Part shown: positions 33,582 through 44,156 of the stretch, piece by piece
Layout of the letters: each line of letters begins with the position of its first letter
How positions within the stretch are numbered: the stretch's first letter is position 1
NCBI GenBank assembly: GCA_964575955.1
Contig: CAZNTG010000006.1
Location: 480,001-544,000, forward strand
Length of the DNA stretch: 64,000 bases
DNA from: an uncultured Thermoproteaceae archaeon
GTDB lineage: Archaea > Thermoproteota > Thermoprotei > Thermoproteales > Thermocladiaceae
Reading direction: 5' to 3'
Notes under the pieces: generated by a model
What the model was told of the DNA's origin: nothing
Seen by the model: only the letters and a program-made list of their open reading frames with translations
Databases searched by the model: none
Program-made: the position numbers and the translations under genes

Positions 33582-34950
33582 CTAATATTTCAGATGTCTC
33601 TATCTTAGGTAGAACTGATGGTGGTAATACTATACTATTAACATCACCTATCAGATTTATATAATTTGCATCTTTTATATAAACATCGACTATTGAACTT
33701 AGGTATTTTCTATCAATATTCTTAACAATTACAGGCTTGTAATTATGTATTCTAACTACACATCCTGAACCTTTAACTTCTGGCGTACTGACAATTCCCT
33801 TAAATGTTTTTCCAATAAACTTCATATTTCTCCTTAGAGATACTCTATTACAAACTTCTACAAGTTTTCTACTTCTCTCCTTCTTTATCGGATCAGGAAT
33901 CTTATCAGGCATAAGTTCAGCTTCTGTAAATGGTCTTAAGCTAAATCTAGCAACATGAACTTTATCAAATTCTAACTCTTCTACAAGTTTTATACTTAAT
34001 TCGAAATCTTCATCAGTTTCTCCTGGAAAGCCTACAATAATATCAGTAACTATTGTACATTCAGGAATTTCTCTCCTAATCTTTCTAATAAGTTCTCTAT
34101 ACTCATCTACGGTATATTTTCTTCTCATTCTTTCAAGTACTCTATCACTACCTGACTGTACTGGAAGATGAAAGTACTTGTATATCCTATCATCATTCTT
34201 AACAATATCTAGTAATTGATCAACAATTTTACTAAATGCTTCAGGTTCTGACATACCAATCCTTATATAATACACACCTTCAACCTCTCTCAAGATTCTT
34301 TCTAATAAATCTACAAGTGTTACACCTCTATCAAAACCATAACATGCAACATCTTGACCTGTAAGATAGATCTCTCTAGCACCTCTCTCAACAGCTTTCT
34401 TAACATTTTCAACTATCTTATCAATAGGATAACTCTTAACCTTACCTTTAACATCTCTTGCAAATTTAGTAACACAAAATGTACATGAACATAGACATCC
34501 AACTTGGAGTGGTACTACATGTATATGTCCATGTATATCTGGATTATATTCAGGTAATATCTCCATCTTCCTATCATTGCTAAGATATATATTGAATACT
34601 CCCTTCTCAATATCTTCAATTATTTTATCAAAATTCTCAACATTATTAGGATCAACTATTACACACCTATTATTGAATATTCTTAATATCTCACTAATCT
34701 TAACCTTTGCTAAACATCCAGCTATTATATATGTCTTATCCGGATATTTTTGATATAGATATCTCATTCTCTTCAATTGTCTTATTTCTGAATCTTCTCT
34801 AACAGCACATGTATTTAATACTACTATTTCTGAATCTTCAACACTATTCGTAAGTCTATATCCTCTACTTAAAAATGATTGAATTATTATACTACTATCA
34901 GCCTTATTCAACCAACAACCATAAGTTTCAATATATACTTTTTTCATCAC
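33565..34950 (-). CDS. tRNA t6A37 methylthiotransferase (archaeal e-MtaB)
   Basis: ETYGCWLN, NTCAVR, radical-SAM CLCSCTFC, PVQSGSD and TRAM-like C-terminus. Confidence 0.92.
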   Translation of the reverse strand: MMKKVYIETYGCWLNKADSSIIIQSFLSRGYRLTNSVEDSEIVVLNTCAVREDSEIRQLKRMRYLYQKYPDKTYIIAGCLAKVKISEILRIFNNRCVIVDPNNVENFDKIIEDIEKGVFNIYLSNDRKMEILPEYNPDIHGHIHVVPLQVGCLCSCTFCVTKFARDVKGKVKSYPIDKIVENVKKAVERGAREIYLTGQDVACYGFDRGVTLVDLLERILREVEGVYYIRIGMSEPEAFSKIVDQLLDIVKNDDRIYKYFHLPVQSGSDRVLERMRRKYTVDEYRELIRKIRREIPECTIVTDIIVGFPGETDEDFELSIKLVEELEFDKVHVARFSLRPFTEAELMPDKIPDPIKKERSRKLVEVCNRVSLRRNMKFIGKTFKGIVSTPEVKGSGCVVRIHNYKPVIVKNIDRKYLSSIVDVYIKDANYINLIGDVNSIVLPPSVLPKIETSEILVEDAS

Positions 34951-35005
34951 TTTTAAACTCAGTGAGACTTAACATCTTAAAAACCCTACCTATACAGGTC
35001 TAGTA

Positions 35006-35884
35006 ATGAGTACTAGCTTACTAATACCTGGAGTTGTAGTTATACAACCAATATCTTATGAAAGTTTTATGATTATGAAAGTTAGTAAAGTAGTAGTTCA
35101 AAAGAGAAGTAAATATCAAAATATTGAAGTTGTAGAACTTTCTGAATATGGTAAAGCACTAGTACTTGACGGTCTTGTACAATCTACAGAAGTTGACGAG
35201 TATATATATCATGAATCTCTTGTACATCCAGCAATGATAACACATCCAAATCCTAGGAAAGTACTAATCATAGGTGGTGGTGAAGGAGCAACATTGAGAG
35301 AAGTATTAAAACATTCAACTGTTGAAGAAGCAACTATGGTAGATATTGATGCCGATGTTGTAGAAATATGTAAACAATACTTACCAGAACTTCATAGTGG
35401 TTCATTCCTAAATACTAAGGCTAGAGTAGTAATTGCAGATGGTAAAGAGTTTGTTGAAAAGACATCAGATAAATATGATGTCATTATTCTAGATCTAACA
35501 GATCCATACGCATCTGAAATAGCTTATGAACTCTACACTGAGAAATTCTATAGAAGAATATTTGAAATACTTACAGATGATGGTATAATGGTTACACAGG
35601 CTGGATCATCATTCTACTATGAAGAAGTATATGATAGAGTATTGAGTTCTATAAAAAATGTATTTCCAATAGTTAAAGAATATAATGTGTGGATACCATC
35701 CTTTGGATATGCATGTAATTTCATAATTGGAAGTAAGAGATACAGTCCTGATGATCTAAATCCTGAGGTTGTTGATAAGAGATTGAGAGATAGGGGTGTA
35801 AGTACGAGATTTTACTCAGGTAGAACACATATAGCGTTGATGAATTTGCCAATATATAGGAGAAGGAGAAGTACTACCTCATAG
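35006..35884 (+). CDS. speE: Polyamine aminopropyltransferase
   Basis: [22 protein letters not shown] and DLTDP. Confidence 0.95.
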   Translation: MSTSLLIPGVVVIQPISYESFMIMKVSKVVVQKRSKYQNIEVVELSEYGKALVLDGLVQSTEVDEYIYHESLVHPAMITHPNPRKVLIIGGGEGATLREVLKHSTVEEATMVDIDADVVEICKQYLPELHSGSFLNTKARVVIADGKEFVEKTSDKYDVIILDLTDPYASEIAYELYTEKFYRRIFEILTDDGIMVTQAGSSFYYEEVYDRVLSSIKNVFPIVKEYNVWIPSFGYACNFIIGSKRYSPDDLNPEVVDKRLRDRGVSTRFYSGRTHIALMNLPIYRRRRSTTS

Positions 35885-36317
35885 GTTTCTGTCTCTTACC
35901 TTCTAGAATAGCTTTTAAACTTACACCATTAACCATCACAACTCTAAATCTAACACCTGGTAAGTCTCCATAAGCTCTACCTTCAGGACCACCAATTCTC
36001 TCTATTATAACTTCGTCATGTTCATTAATTACGTTTAGACCACCGTCATATGGTACGAATGCTGTTACTATCTTACCATTCTTAACGAGTTGTACTCTAA
36101 CACACTTTCTAACTGCTGCATTTGGTTTTCTAGCTTCAACACCAACCTTTTCAAGAACTATACCTCTAGCCATTGGTGCACCTTCTAATGGGTCAAACTT
36201 CTTTGCAAATCTTAAGACTCTACGTTTATAGTGTAGATCACTCCATCTAAACTTCTTCCTCTTCAATCTTAATTTCCTAGCTGCAAAAAGTCCAACAGGA
36301 CTCTTCTTCCCTGGCAT
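35874..36317 (-). CDS. rps12: 30S ribosomal protein uS12
   Basis: [19 protein letters not shown] and GDLPGVRF. Confidence 0.97.
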   Translation of the reverse strand: MPGKKSPVGLFAARKLRLKRKKFRWSDLHYKRRVLRFAKKFDPLEGAPMARGIVLEKVGVEARKPNAAVRKCVRVQLVKNGKIVTAFVPYDGGLNVINEHDEVIIERIGGPEGRAYGDLPGVRFRVVMVNGVSLKAILEGKRQKPMR

Positions 36318-36357
36318 GTCTTTTTTAAGCCTATTTTCAGATTTTTAAAACTTTGTC

Positions 36358-36792
36358 TTAGGATAGTATTACTTTCTCAATATCGAAATATCTCTTTGCT
36401 AGTAGTTTTGCTCTACTTATATTTCGCCCCTGTCTACCTATTGCTATCGCTTTATCATCAGGATGTACTGTTGCTATTGCTACAACTCCTGATGATGGTA
36501 ATTTAGTTATTTTTACTGCAAGTACACGTGCAGGATATAGACAGTTCTTTATTAACTCTTCAGGTGTATCACCCTTCTCTACAACTTCAACATCTCTACC
36601 TATCAACTCCTTCAATCTCTTAATATTTACACCACCTCGACCAACAGCTAGGGGTGCAAATCCCTTATCAACAACAAATATTATCCTGTTATAGGTCTCG
36701 TCTATTATAGTGTCGATTGGCACAATTCCAGTTATCTTTTCGAAGAGTGCTGCATATCTGAGCTCCTCATCTGTGAGTCTTATGTTGGGCAT
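36358..36792 (-). CDS. nusA: Archaeal NusA (two KH domains)
   Basis: AVGRGGVN and AIGRQGRN. Confidence 0.94.
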   Translation of the reverse strand: MPNIRLTDEELRYAALFEKITGIVPIDTIIDETYNRIIFVVDKGFAPLAVGRGGVNIKRLKELIGRDVEVVEKGDTPEELIKNCLYPARVLAVKITKLPSSGVVAIATVHPDDKAIAIGRQGRNISRAKLLAKRYFDIEKVILS

Positions 36793-36796
36793 AGTA

Positions 36797-37099
36797 TCAT
36801 CCTCTTGCGAGTTCTAGTATTGTACTTTCTCCTGGATCGATTATTGCTAATGTAGATACTTTAAAAGGCTTTCCACATGCTGCTCCAAGTTCCCAACTAG
36901 ATCCTGGATATACTATTACAGGTATTTGAGCTAGTTTCGCATAATACTCAACATCATTTTTAATCCATGCAGGTGCATTTGCAGCAATTACAACAGCTTT
37001 AGCCTCACCTCTAAGTATTGCTTTTATAGTTTGTCTAGAACCTAGAACTACCTTTCCTGTAGACATTGCAACTTTTAGTTCTCTAGCTAAGTCTACCAT
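36797..37099 (-). CDS. rpl30e: 50S ribosomal protein L30e
   Basis: TGKVVLG, ELGAACGKPF and IDPGES. Confidence 0.96.
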   Translation of the reverse strand: MVDLARELKVAMSTGKVVLGSRQTIKAILRGEAKAVVIAANAPAWIKNDVEYYAKLAQIPVIVYPGSSWELGAACGKPFKVSTLAIIDPGESTILELARG

Positions 37100-37146
37100 A
37101 ACTATCGGCTAGCTTTTTGAAAATGTATTAAAATCTTTTCCTTAAG

Positions 37147-38313
37147 TTACAACTCCATCATTAAGTCAACCATTCCTGTTCCAATAGGTATGTACTTACC
37201 TGCAATAACACTCTCAACAACACTTCTAAATCTCTCAATCTCACCTTTCAAAGCTGCTTCTACAAGATTTCTAACAGTAACTTCAAATGCTGCTCTTGCA
37301 AGTGGACTTTCCTTCTCACCAGCAACTCCATGTCTACCAACCTGTTTAACTCTACCACTCCATGTCATTATATCTGCTACAAGCATTATATGCCTAATAT
37401 CTACAGATAGACCTTGCTCATCAAGAACCTTCTTCAACTCTCTCATAATTACTGTCCTAGCAGCTTCAATACCCAGAACATCAGCAACTTCATGAATATC
37501 GTTAGATATTGTTCTTCTATAATCAACACCATCTAACGTTAAGACAGCTTCAAGATTTGTACCTTCAGTTCTAATAATCCACTCATCTCCCTCCTTCTTA
37601 GCTAATGCCTTCTTAACATTCTTAATACCTGCAAGTCTTGTCTGAAGTACTTTATCACGAACCTTTCTCAACTTTATAGGATCAATCTCATGTAATGTTA
37701 TTACTATACTCTTACCCTCAATCTTAACATCAGCACCCTTACCCTTAATTCTATCTAATGCCTTCTTAACATCACTAATAGTTAAATTCCAATATCTTAA
37801 CTGTTCTTCATCAAGCTCTATAACTATAGTTCCAGATATGTAGTCAATATCTACAGACTTTGCAACATTTTCAATAGTTACAAGCTGAATCTTCTTCGCA
37901 ATTTCTAATGCCTTCTCACCATCTTTAGCATACTCATCCTTGAGATATATAGTCATCATTGGTCTAGATGGCTTTCTTCTAGCATCAACAATCTCAATCA
38001 TACGTGGAAGACCTAAAGCCATAGAGAATTCTCTAAGACCAGCATAGTGGAATGATCTCAAAACCATCTGTGTACTTGGTTCACCAATAGACTGTGCTGT
38101 AACAATACCAATAGCTTCTCCAGGATCAATCATAGTCTTATAGTATGTATTTATTGCTAACAAGATCAACTTCTCAAGTTGTTCACGAGTAATCTTCTTA
38201 TCACGAACCTTACTAATAATCTCATCAACATAAGATTTAGGAAGAATATTATACAACCTAGATAAGTATTGTACAATCTCTTCACTTGATAAGACTTGTG
38301 ATTGTGAAGACAT
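37147..38313 (-). CDS. rpoA2: RNA polymerase subunit A'' (Rpo1C)
   Basis: GEAIGIVTAQSIGEPSTQM, LGIEAAR and DIRHIMLVAD. Confidence 0.97.
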   Translation of the reverse strand: MSSQSQVLSSEEIVQYLSRLYNILPKSYVDEIISKVRDKKITREQLEKLILLAINTYYKTMIDPGEAIGIVTAQSIGEPSTQMVLRSFHYAGLREFSMALGLPRMIEIVDARRKPSRPMMTIYLKDEYAKDGEKALEIAKKIQLVTIENVAKSVDIDYISGTIVIELDEEQLRYWNLTISDVKKALDRIKGKGADVKIEGKSIVITLHEIDPIKLRKVRDKVLQTRLAGIKNVKKALAKKEGDEWIIRTEGTNLEAVLTLDGVDYRRTISNDIHEVADVLGIEAARTVIMRELKKVLDEQGLSVDIRHIMLVADIMTWSGRVKQVGRHGVAGEKESPLARAAFEVTVRNLVEAALKGEIERFRSVVESVIAGKYIPIGTGMVDLMMEL

Positions 38314-38357
38314 AGCCGAGAAGTGTGAGAATGTTAGAGATTAAAAATCTAGCGGTT

Positions 38358-38433
38358 TGGTGCCCCCGCCGGGATTTGAACCCGGGACCTACCGGTCTTC
38401 AGCCGGTCGCTCTCCCCGCTGAGCTACGGGGGC
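38358..38433 (-). tRNA. tRNA-Phe(GAA), intron-less, CCA encoded
   Basis: GCCCCCGTAGCTCAGCGGGGAGAGCGACCGGCTGAAGACCGGTAGGTCCCGGGTTCAAATCCCGGCGGGGGCACCA forms a full cloverleaf. TTTAAATA lies 28 nt upstream. Confidence 0.97.
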
Positions 38434-38489
38434 TAACTTCTAGTATGGCAAATCTTCAAAGTATTTAAATACCTTACTCTATGGAGTTA

Positions 38490-38539
38490 TCAGTGAGAGG
38501 AAGATTCATCAATGTTCAGTGCGACCGAAAGTTCATCAT
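38490..38539 (-). ncRNA. C/D-box methylation guide sRNA
   Basis: Minus strand reads ATGATGA-ACTTTCGGTCGCA-CTGA-ACA-TTGATGA-ATCTTCCTCTCA-CTGA. The C box contains the guaAA TGA stop. Confidence 0.9.
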
Positions 38540-39102
38540 CTACGACATATCTTTACAAAATTTCTAAAAACCTGAATACCATTCTCAGTATGTTCAACCT
38601 CAGGATGAAACTGTACTGAGTATATAGGCTTAGAGATGTGTCTCATAGCTTGAACACGTACAAAATCACTATGTGCCAATACTTTAAATAATTCAGGTTC
38701 TTTAGAAACTTCAACATTATGACTTTCCCAAGCAATGAAACTCCTACCCATACCTTCAAGAATATCATCCTCATCATCAACATATACAACAACTTCACCA
38801 AACTCAGGATTTGATCTTGACAATGATCCACCAAAGACATAAGCAATTATGTGATGACCAAGACATATACCAAGTATAGGTTTTGTAAATTTCTTAACAT
38901 AATCTATAGAATTTCCAATCTTATCTAAATCATCAGGAATGTTAAACGATCCACCACTTAGAACAATACCATCATACTTCTTCTCAACTTCTTCAACAGG
39001 TAGTTCAGGTTTAAACATTTCAGCATCTACACCAACCTCTCTCAATCTCCTATATATCAGATGATTATATTGACCTCCAAAATCTACAACTCCAATCTTC
39101 AC
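38536..39102 (-). CDS. guaAA: GMP synthase glutaminase subunit A
   Basis: DFGGQYNHLI, GICLG and QFHPE. Confidence 0.93.
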   Translation of the reverse strand: MKIGVVDFGGQYNHLIYRRLREVGVDAEMFKPELPVEEVEKKYDGIVLSGGSFNIPDDLDKIGNSIDYVKKFTKPILGICLGHHIIAYVFGGSLSRSNPEFGEVVVYVDDEDDILEGMGRSFIAWESHNVEVSKEPELFKVLAHSDFVRVQAMRHISKPIYSVQFHPEVEHTENGIQVFRNFVKICRR

Positions 39103-39503
39103 GATTGTAGATACAGATCTTCTAAATACTTTAATAGCTTTCTAATCTTTCTAATTCTCCTTCTAATAAGTCTAAGCTGTCTAGATGCCTTATTAATCTC
39201 ATATAATGTTGCTCCTCTCCTCTTCAATTCAACTATAGTTTCTAAAATCCTTCTTTCATGATTTTTCAAATACTCTAACTTACTCCTTAATCTATCAATT
39301 TCAAACTTTAAAGATCTCTTAAAAGTACTACAGCTTGGACTTAGAGTATCATTACTATCATGTCTATACTCTAAGTAGTTTAGTAATCTCTCTTCAACAA
39401 TTTTCAATTTAGATTCTTCACTAGTTATTAAATTCATAACTTTATCACAATCAATACCTCCAAGATACTTACCATACCTCTTAATGATTTCAAACATTGT
39501 CAT
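39099..39503 (-). CDS. Coiled-coil protein, C-terminal half resembling the ESCRT-III/CdvB alpha1-alpha2 hairpin
   Basis: LK-x4-RL-x3-L-x2-LK...E.IV....G...IRRRIRKI...LEDLYLQ. Similarity judged by eye only. Confidence 0.5.
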   Translation of the reverse strand: MTMFEIIKRYGKYLGGIDCDKVMNLITSEESKLKIVEERLLNYLEYRHDSNDTLSPSCSTFKRSLKFEIDRLRSKLEYLKNHERRILETIVELKRRGATLYEINKASRQLRLIRRRIRKIRKLLKYLEDLYLQS

Positions 39504-39504
39504 A

Positions 39505-39894
39505 TTACCATTCTGATATTAATGCTTTCTCAATAATCTTCTGACCTAGATAATATTCCTCTATACTCTTTTCAACATTCTTAATCTCTACATAATCAAC
39601 ATCTAGGATAGACTCATCCTCAACTTTATAATGATCTTCAACTATTGGTCTATATCTAGATATGTCATCTACATTCACAACATCTATATCGTACATCTTA
39701 ACTATATTCTTAAGACTTTCATAATCTAGAGATCTTATCTCCTTTACAAATTCTGTAACTATACTCTTAATGTTGTGCTCAATTAGTAGAAGTTTATTAT
39801 ATAGTGATTCTTCAAGTTCTTCACTACTACTCTCTAAAACTTGTTGATATTGTACATGTCTTCTACGTATCTTTTTCTCCTCCTCTAGAGACAT
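39505..39894 (-). CDS. Acidic hypothetical protein
   Basis: 129-aa ORF ending 1 nt before the next ORF's start. Confidence 0.6.
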   Translation of the reverse strand: MSLEEEKKIRRRHVQYQQVLESSSEELEESLYNKLLLIEHNIKSIVTEFVKEIRSLDYESLKNIVKMYDIDVVNVDDISRYRPIVEDHYKVEDESILDVDYVEIKNVEKSIEEYYLGQKIIEKALISEW

Positions 39895-40035
39895 ATCATT
39901 AGTTATAGTCTAGCATCTAGTTAATAGAGGGTTTGTTTCATAACGTATACGTAGTGTTTATCAAAAGTTTTCCAGTTCTCTATTGTTTAGATATGTAGAA
40001 TCTCTATTTTCTAGGTTTTTACTATATTTTTAGAA

Positions 40036-40302
40036 TTATTCTTCTTCAACTGTTGGTAATCCTCCATTTGAGTTTAATATTGCTGGTCTATAACCACCAT
40101 TCATCTTATATTCTAAAAACTTGCGAAATAGCTCTGTCTTTCCTAGATGTTTAAGCTCTTCATCATCTATATTATCTACAAATTCTTGAAATTCTTTCCA
40201 CAACATTTCATGAGCTCTGTCAAATCTACTCTTCAATCTTATATGCTTTAATAGTGCTGTTGAGTTAGTGTAAGATTTACCACATACAGGACAACGTACC
40301 AT
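40036..40302 (-). CDS. Small C2H2-type zinc-finger protein
   Basis: CPVCGK...LLKH...H. Confidence 0.75.
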   Translation of the reverse strand: MVRCPVCGKSYTNSTALLKHIRLKSRFDRAHEMLWKEFQEFVDNIDDEELKHLGKTELFRKFLEYKMNGGYRPAILNSNGGLPTVEEE

Positions 40303-40422
40303 ATCCTTCTAATACTACTACTAAGGATTTTTAACAGTAGTCTACGAAGTTCTTAGACGTATATTCCAGCTATGTTTAAAAGTTTTTGAAAAGTAGTAAA
40401 ATAGTTCACATAGTGAAGAGTA

Positions 40423-42240
40423 ATGTCAGTACAAGCATCAAAACAGGAGACTGTAGATACTAGACCACCAATAGTTGTAGTTGTTGGTCATGTAGATGTT
40501 GGAAAGACATTACTACTAGACAAGATTAGAGGTACAGCTGTAGCATTTAGAGAACCTGGAATGATTACTCAACATATAGGACTATCATTCATACCATGGC
40601 CAGCTGTTGAGAAATTTACAGCTAGACTTTTAGAGAGATTTCGATTGAGAGGTAAGATCTGGATTAAAGGTTTTCTAATGGTTGATACTCCAGGACATGC
40701 AGCTTTCTCAAATTTGAGAAGGAGAGGTGGATCTGTTGCTGATATTGCAATACTAGTTATAGATATTATGAAGGGGTTTGAAGAACAGACTTATGAGAGT
40801 TTAGCATTGATAAGGTCTAAAGGTATACCTTTCGTAGTTGCTTTAAATAAGATTGATAGAATATATGGTTGGAAGCCAAATCCAAATGCACCATTCATAG
40901 AGACTATAGAGAAGCAGGATGAGATGGTACAGGCTAGATTTGAAGAACTTCTTGGTAGAGTTATTGATGAATTTCTAAAACTTGGAATTGAAGCTGATAG
41001 ATATGACAGAGTTACAGATTGGACAAGGCAAATACCTATAGTACCTACAAGTGCACTAACTGGTGAGGGCATTCCTGATCTTCTAGTAGTACTTGCAGGT
41101 CTAACTCAGAGATTCACAAAGGATAAATTGAAAATATCTACAGGACCTGGAAAAGGTGTAATTATGGAAGTTAAAGAAGAGAAAGGTTGGGGAACAACAA
41201 TAGATGTAGTACTTTATGATGGTGTAATTAAGAAAGGAGATACAATAGTCACAATGGGACTACAAGGACCGATAATTACTAAGGTGAAGATGTTAATTAT
41301 GCCAAAACCTCTAGATGAGATGAGAGATCCTGAAGATAGGTACATGTTTATGAATGAGGTAAAGGCTGCTGCAGGTGTTAAGATTGTTGCCGAAAATCTA
41401 GAACAGGTAATACCTGGAGCACCAGTACTTGTAGTTCCTGATGAGTCTAAGATTGATGAATATGTTAAGATTGTTAAAGAGGAGGTTGAAGAAGTGAAAA
41501 TTGAAACAGATAGAGAAGGTGTTATCGCTAAAGCAGATACATTAGGAACACTTGAAGCAATGGTAACATACCTCAAAAATCAGGGCATACCTGTAAGAAA
41601 GGCAGATATTGGACCTGTAAGTAGGAGAGATGTCATTGATGCATCAATAGTTAGAAAGAGAAACCCACTCTACGGTGTAATCTTAGCATTTAATGTAAAA
41701 GTTCCACATGATGTTGAAGTTGAAGCACAGCATCACGATGTTAAGATATTTAGAAGTGAAATATTGTATAGACTTGTTGAAGATTTCTTAAAATGGTTTA
41801 ATGAGGAGAAGCAGAGATTAATAGAGAGAGAACTTGATAAATTGATAAGACCAGGAAAGATTAGAATACTTCCAGGATGTGTATTTAGAAGAAGTGAACC
41901 AGCAATTGTAGGTGTTAGAGTTCTTGAAGGTATCATAAAGCCAGGATATCCACTTGTAAGACCTGACGGTAAGATGATTGGTAAGATAATGCAAATACAG
42001 GATAAGGGTAAGAATATTCCACAAGCTAGGAAAGGTATGGAAGTTGCAATATCTATAGAAGGTAAAGTTATCGTTGGTAGACATATCAAGGAGGGAGATG
42101 AACTATACGTATACGTACCTGAAGAACATGCAGTAAAGCTATTGACAGAGTATAGAAAATACTTGACAGATGATGAGGTAGAACTGTTGAAAGAATTTTT
42201 AAAACTTAGAAAGAAGTGGAAAGAGTCTGAAGCAACTTAA
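40423..42240 (+). CDS. infB: Translation initiation factor aIF5B (IF2)
   Basis: [26 protein letters not shown] and [10 protein letters not shown]. No intein. Confidence 0.97.
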   Translation: MSVQASKQETVDTRPPIVVVVGHVDVGKTLLLDKIRGTAVAFREPGMITQHIGLSFIPWPAVEKFTARLLERFRLRGKIWIKGFLMVDTPGHAAFSNLRRRGGSVADIAILVIDIMKGFEEQTYESLALIRSKGIPFVVALNKIDRIYGWKPNPNAPFIETIEKQDEMVQARFEELLGRVIDEFLKLGIEADRYDRVTDWTRQIPIVPTSALTGEGIPDLLVVLAGLTQRFTKDKLKISTGPGKGVIMEVKEEKGWGTTIDVVLYDGVIKKGDTIVTMGLQGPIITKVKMLIMPKPLDEMRDPEDRYMFMNEVKAAAGVKIVAENLEQVIPGAPVLVVPDESKIDEYVKIVKEEVEEVKIETDREGVIAKADTLGTLEAMVTYLKNQGIPVRKADIGPVSRRDVIDASIVRKRNPLYGVILAFNVKVPHDVEVEAQHHDVKIFRSEILYRLVEDFLKWFNEEKQRLIERELDKLIRPGKIRILPGCVFRRSEPAIVGVRVLEGIIKPGYPLVRPDGKMIGKIMQIQDKGKNIPQARKGMEVAISIEGKVIVGRHIKEGDELYVYVPEEHAVKLLTEYRKYLTDDEVELLKEFLKLRKKWKESEAT

Positions 42241-42280
42241 CTTAAGATTACTTTATAAATTCTAGACAGGTATAGTAAAT

Positions 42281-43162
42281 ATGAGTCTGTTTTGGGAACG
42301 TGTAGAGAAGAGGAGATTCAAAATTAAAGATATTGATCAATTGAAGAGTGTTGATGACGTATTTAACCAATACACAATAGAGGCACTATACGAACTAATG
42401 AATAGGGGAGTTATAGGTGATATTCATGGACCTGTAGCACAGGGTAAAGAAGCTAAAGTATTTTGGGGAGAGACACCTAAAGGTGAGGATATAGCAATAA
42501 AAATATTCTACACACTAACAGCACAGTTTATACGTGGTAGACAGAAGTACATAACCTACGATCATAGATTTGAAAATGTTAAAACTTCAAGCAAATTTAA
42601 ACTTATGGAAGTATGGTGTAGAAAGGAGTTTAGAAATTTAAAAATTGCATATGAAGCAGGTATTAGAGTACCAAGACCAATAGCATTCTACAGAAACATC
42701 CTAGTAATGGAATTCATATCTTACCAAGGTGAGAGAGGTGTACCAGCACCACTATTAAAAGAATGTCCACCAGACGATCCAGAAGAAGCATATAGAACAA
42801 TATTGAAATATGTAGAACGTGGATTTATACTCGGCAAGATAATTCACGCAGACTTAAGTGAATTTAACATAGTAAATACAGGTAAAGAATTAGTAATAAT
42901 TGATTGGGGATCTGCAATAAAAGTATCAGGACCTGAAACATACGAATTCCTACTTAGAGATATTAAAAATATTACAAGATACTTTGAAAAAGAACATGAA
43001 ATAAAAACATACGATCCTGATAAAGTCTTTAAAGTAATATTGAGAAGATTTGAATCATTTAAAAAACAGAGTAGAGACACTGTAGAAGAGAAAGATGGTT
43101 TTCTAATCATAGATGGTAAGACATTGATAGAAGAGTTAGAAGGTGAAGAGTCGAGTTCCTGA
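42281..43162 (+). CDS. rio1: RIO1 serine/threonine kinase
   Basis: GKEAKV, KEFRNL, HADLSEFN and IIDWG. Confidence 0.92.
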   Translation: MSLFWERVEKRRFKIKDIDQLKSVDDVFNQYTIEALYELMNRGVIGDIHGPVAQGKEAKVFWGETPKGEDIAIKIFYTLTAQFIRGRQKYITYDHRFENVKTSSKFKLMEVWCRKEFRNLKIAYEAGIRVPRPIAFYRNILVMEFISYQGERGVPAPLLKECPPDDPEEAYRTILKYVERGFILGKIIHADLSEFNIVNTGKELVIIDWGSAIKVSGPETYEFLLRDIKNITRYFEKEHEIKTYDPDKVFKVILRRFESFKKQSRDTVEEKDGFLIIDGKTLIEELEGEESSS

Positions 43163-43187
43163 TTTTTCTACGTTCTCTACATTCTTG

Positions 43188-43218
43188 GGGGGTGTTACCA
43201 AAAATTAGTAACACCCCC
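43188..43218. repeat. Perfect 11-bp GC-rich inverted repeat
   Basis: GGGGGTGTTAC-caaaaatta-GTAACACCCCC in the rio1/macrodomain intergenic gap. Confidence 0.85.
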
Positions 43219-43257
43219 TGAGTTAATAGAGAAAAATCAAAACCTGAAAAGATATGT

Positions 43258-43791
43258 ATGAGATGTATACTTAGAAAGGACGATGTTAAGATTGTTGTTG
43301 AGATTGGTGATCTTACAGAGTTTACTGGTGATGCTATTGTCAATCCTGCAAATACTAGACTATTGATGGGTGGTGGTGTTGCTGGTGTTATTAAGAGGAA
43401 AGGTGGTGATGAGATAGAGCGTGAAGCTATTAGTAAAGCTCCATGTCCTATCGGTAAGGCTGTTGTTACAGGAGCTGGTAAATTGAAGTGTAGATATGTT
43501 ATTCATGCACCAACTGTTGAAGAACCAGCTTCACCTTCAGATCCTGAAAAGACCTATCTAGCAACTAAGGCAGCACTTGAAGAAGCTAGAAGATTGAATA
43601 TTAGAAGCATAGCATTTCCACTCATGGGTGCTGGTGTTGGTGGTTTAACACCTGAAACATCTATAAGATCTATGGCTAAGGCATTTGTAGAATATGGTAG
43701 AGATATGGATATAAATGTCATAGTTTTGAATGAGGATGTTTTCAATAGGGTAATTAACGCACTTGTTGAAGATGGATGGATAAAAGAGTAA
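43258..43791 (+). CDS. Macrodomain (ADP-ribose-binding) protein
   Basis: GDLT, DAIVNPAN, GGGVAG and FPLMGAGVGG. Confidence 0.94.
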   Translation: MRCILRKDDVKIVVEIGDLTEFTGDAIVNPANTRLLMGGGVAGVIKRKGGDEIEREAISKAPCPIGKAVVTGAGKLKCRYVIHAPTVEEPASPSDPEKTYLATKAALEEARRLNIRSIAFPLMGAGVGGLTPETSIRSMAKAFVEYGRDMDINVIVLNEDVFNRVINALVEDGWIKE

Positions 43792-43840
43792 TTGTGTAAT
43801 ATACCAAAGTTTAATAATCCTAATACCACTAAGTAGATAT

Positions 43841-44143
43841 GTGGGAGAGACAATAAGAATAAGACTACCTGCAGAAGGAGAAATGCTTGCTAAAGTACTA
43901 GAACTTCTAGGAGATGATCGTGTACGTGTCATATGTCCTGATGGTAAGATAAGGATTGCTAGAATACCTGGAAAGTATAGAAGAAAACTTTGGTTAAGAG
44001 TTGGAGATTACGTAATCATAGTACCATGGGACTTCCAACCTGACAAAGCAGATGTTATACATAAGTATGAGAAGAATGAGATACCAGAGTTGAGAAAGTA
44101 TTTAAAAGATCAAGTTGAAAAACTTGAAGAACTAACACTGTAG
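43841..44143 (+). CDS. eif1a: Translation initiation factor aIF1A
   Basis: LLGDDR, IARIPGK and WLRVGDYVIIVPWDFQ. Confidence 0.94.
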   Translation: MGETIRIRLPAEGEMLAKVLELLGDDRVRVICPDGKIRIARIPGKYRRKLWLRVGDYVIIVPWDFQPDKADVIHKYEKNEIPELRKYLKDQVEKLEELTL

Positions 44144-44156
44144 TAAAATATCGAGA

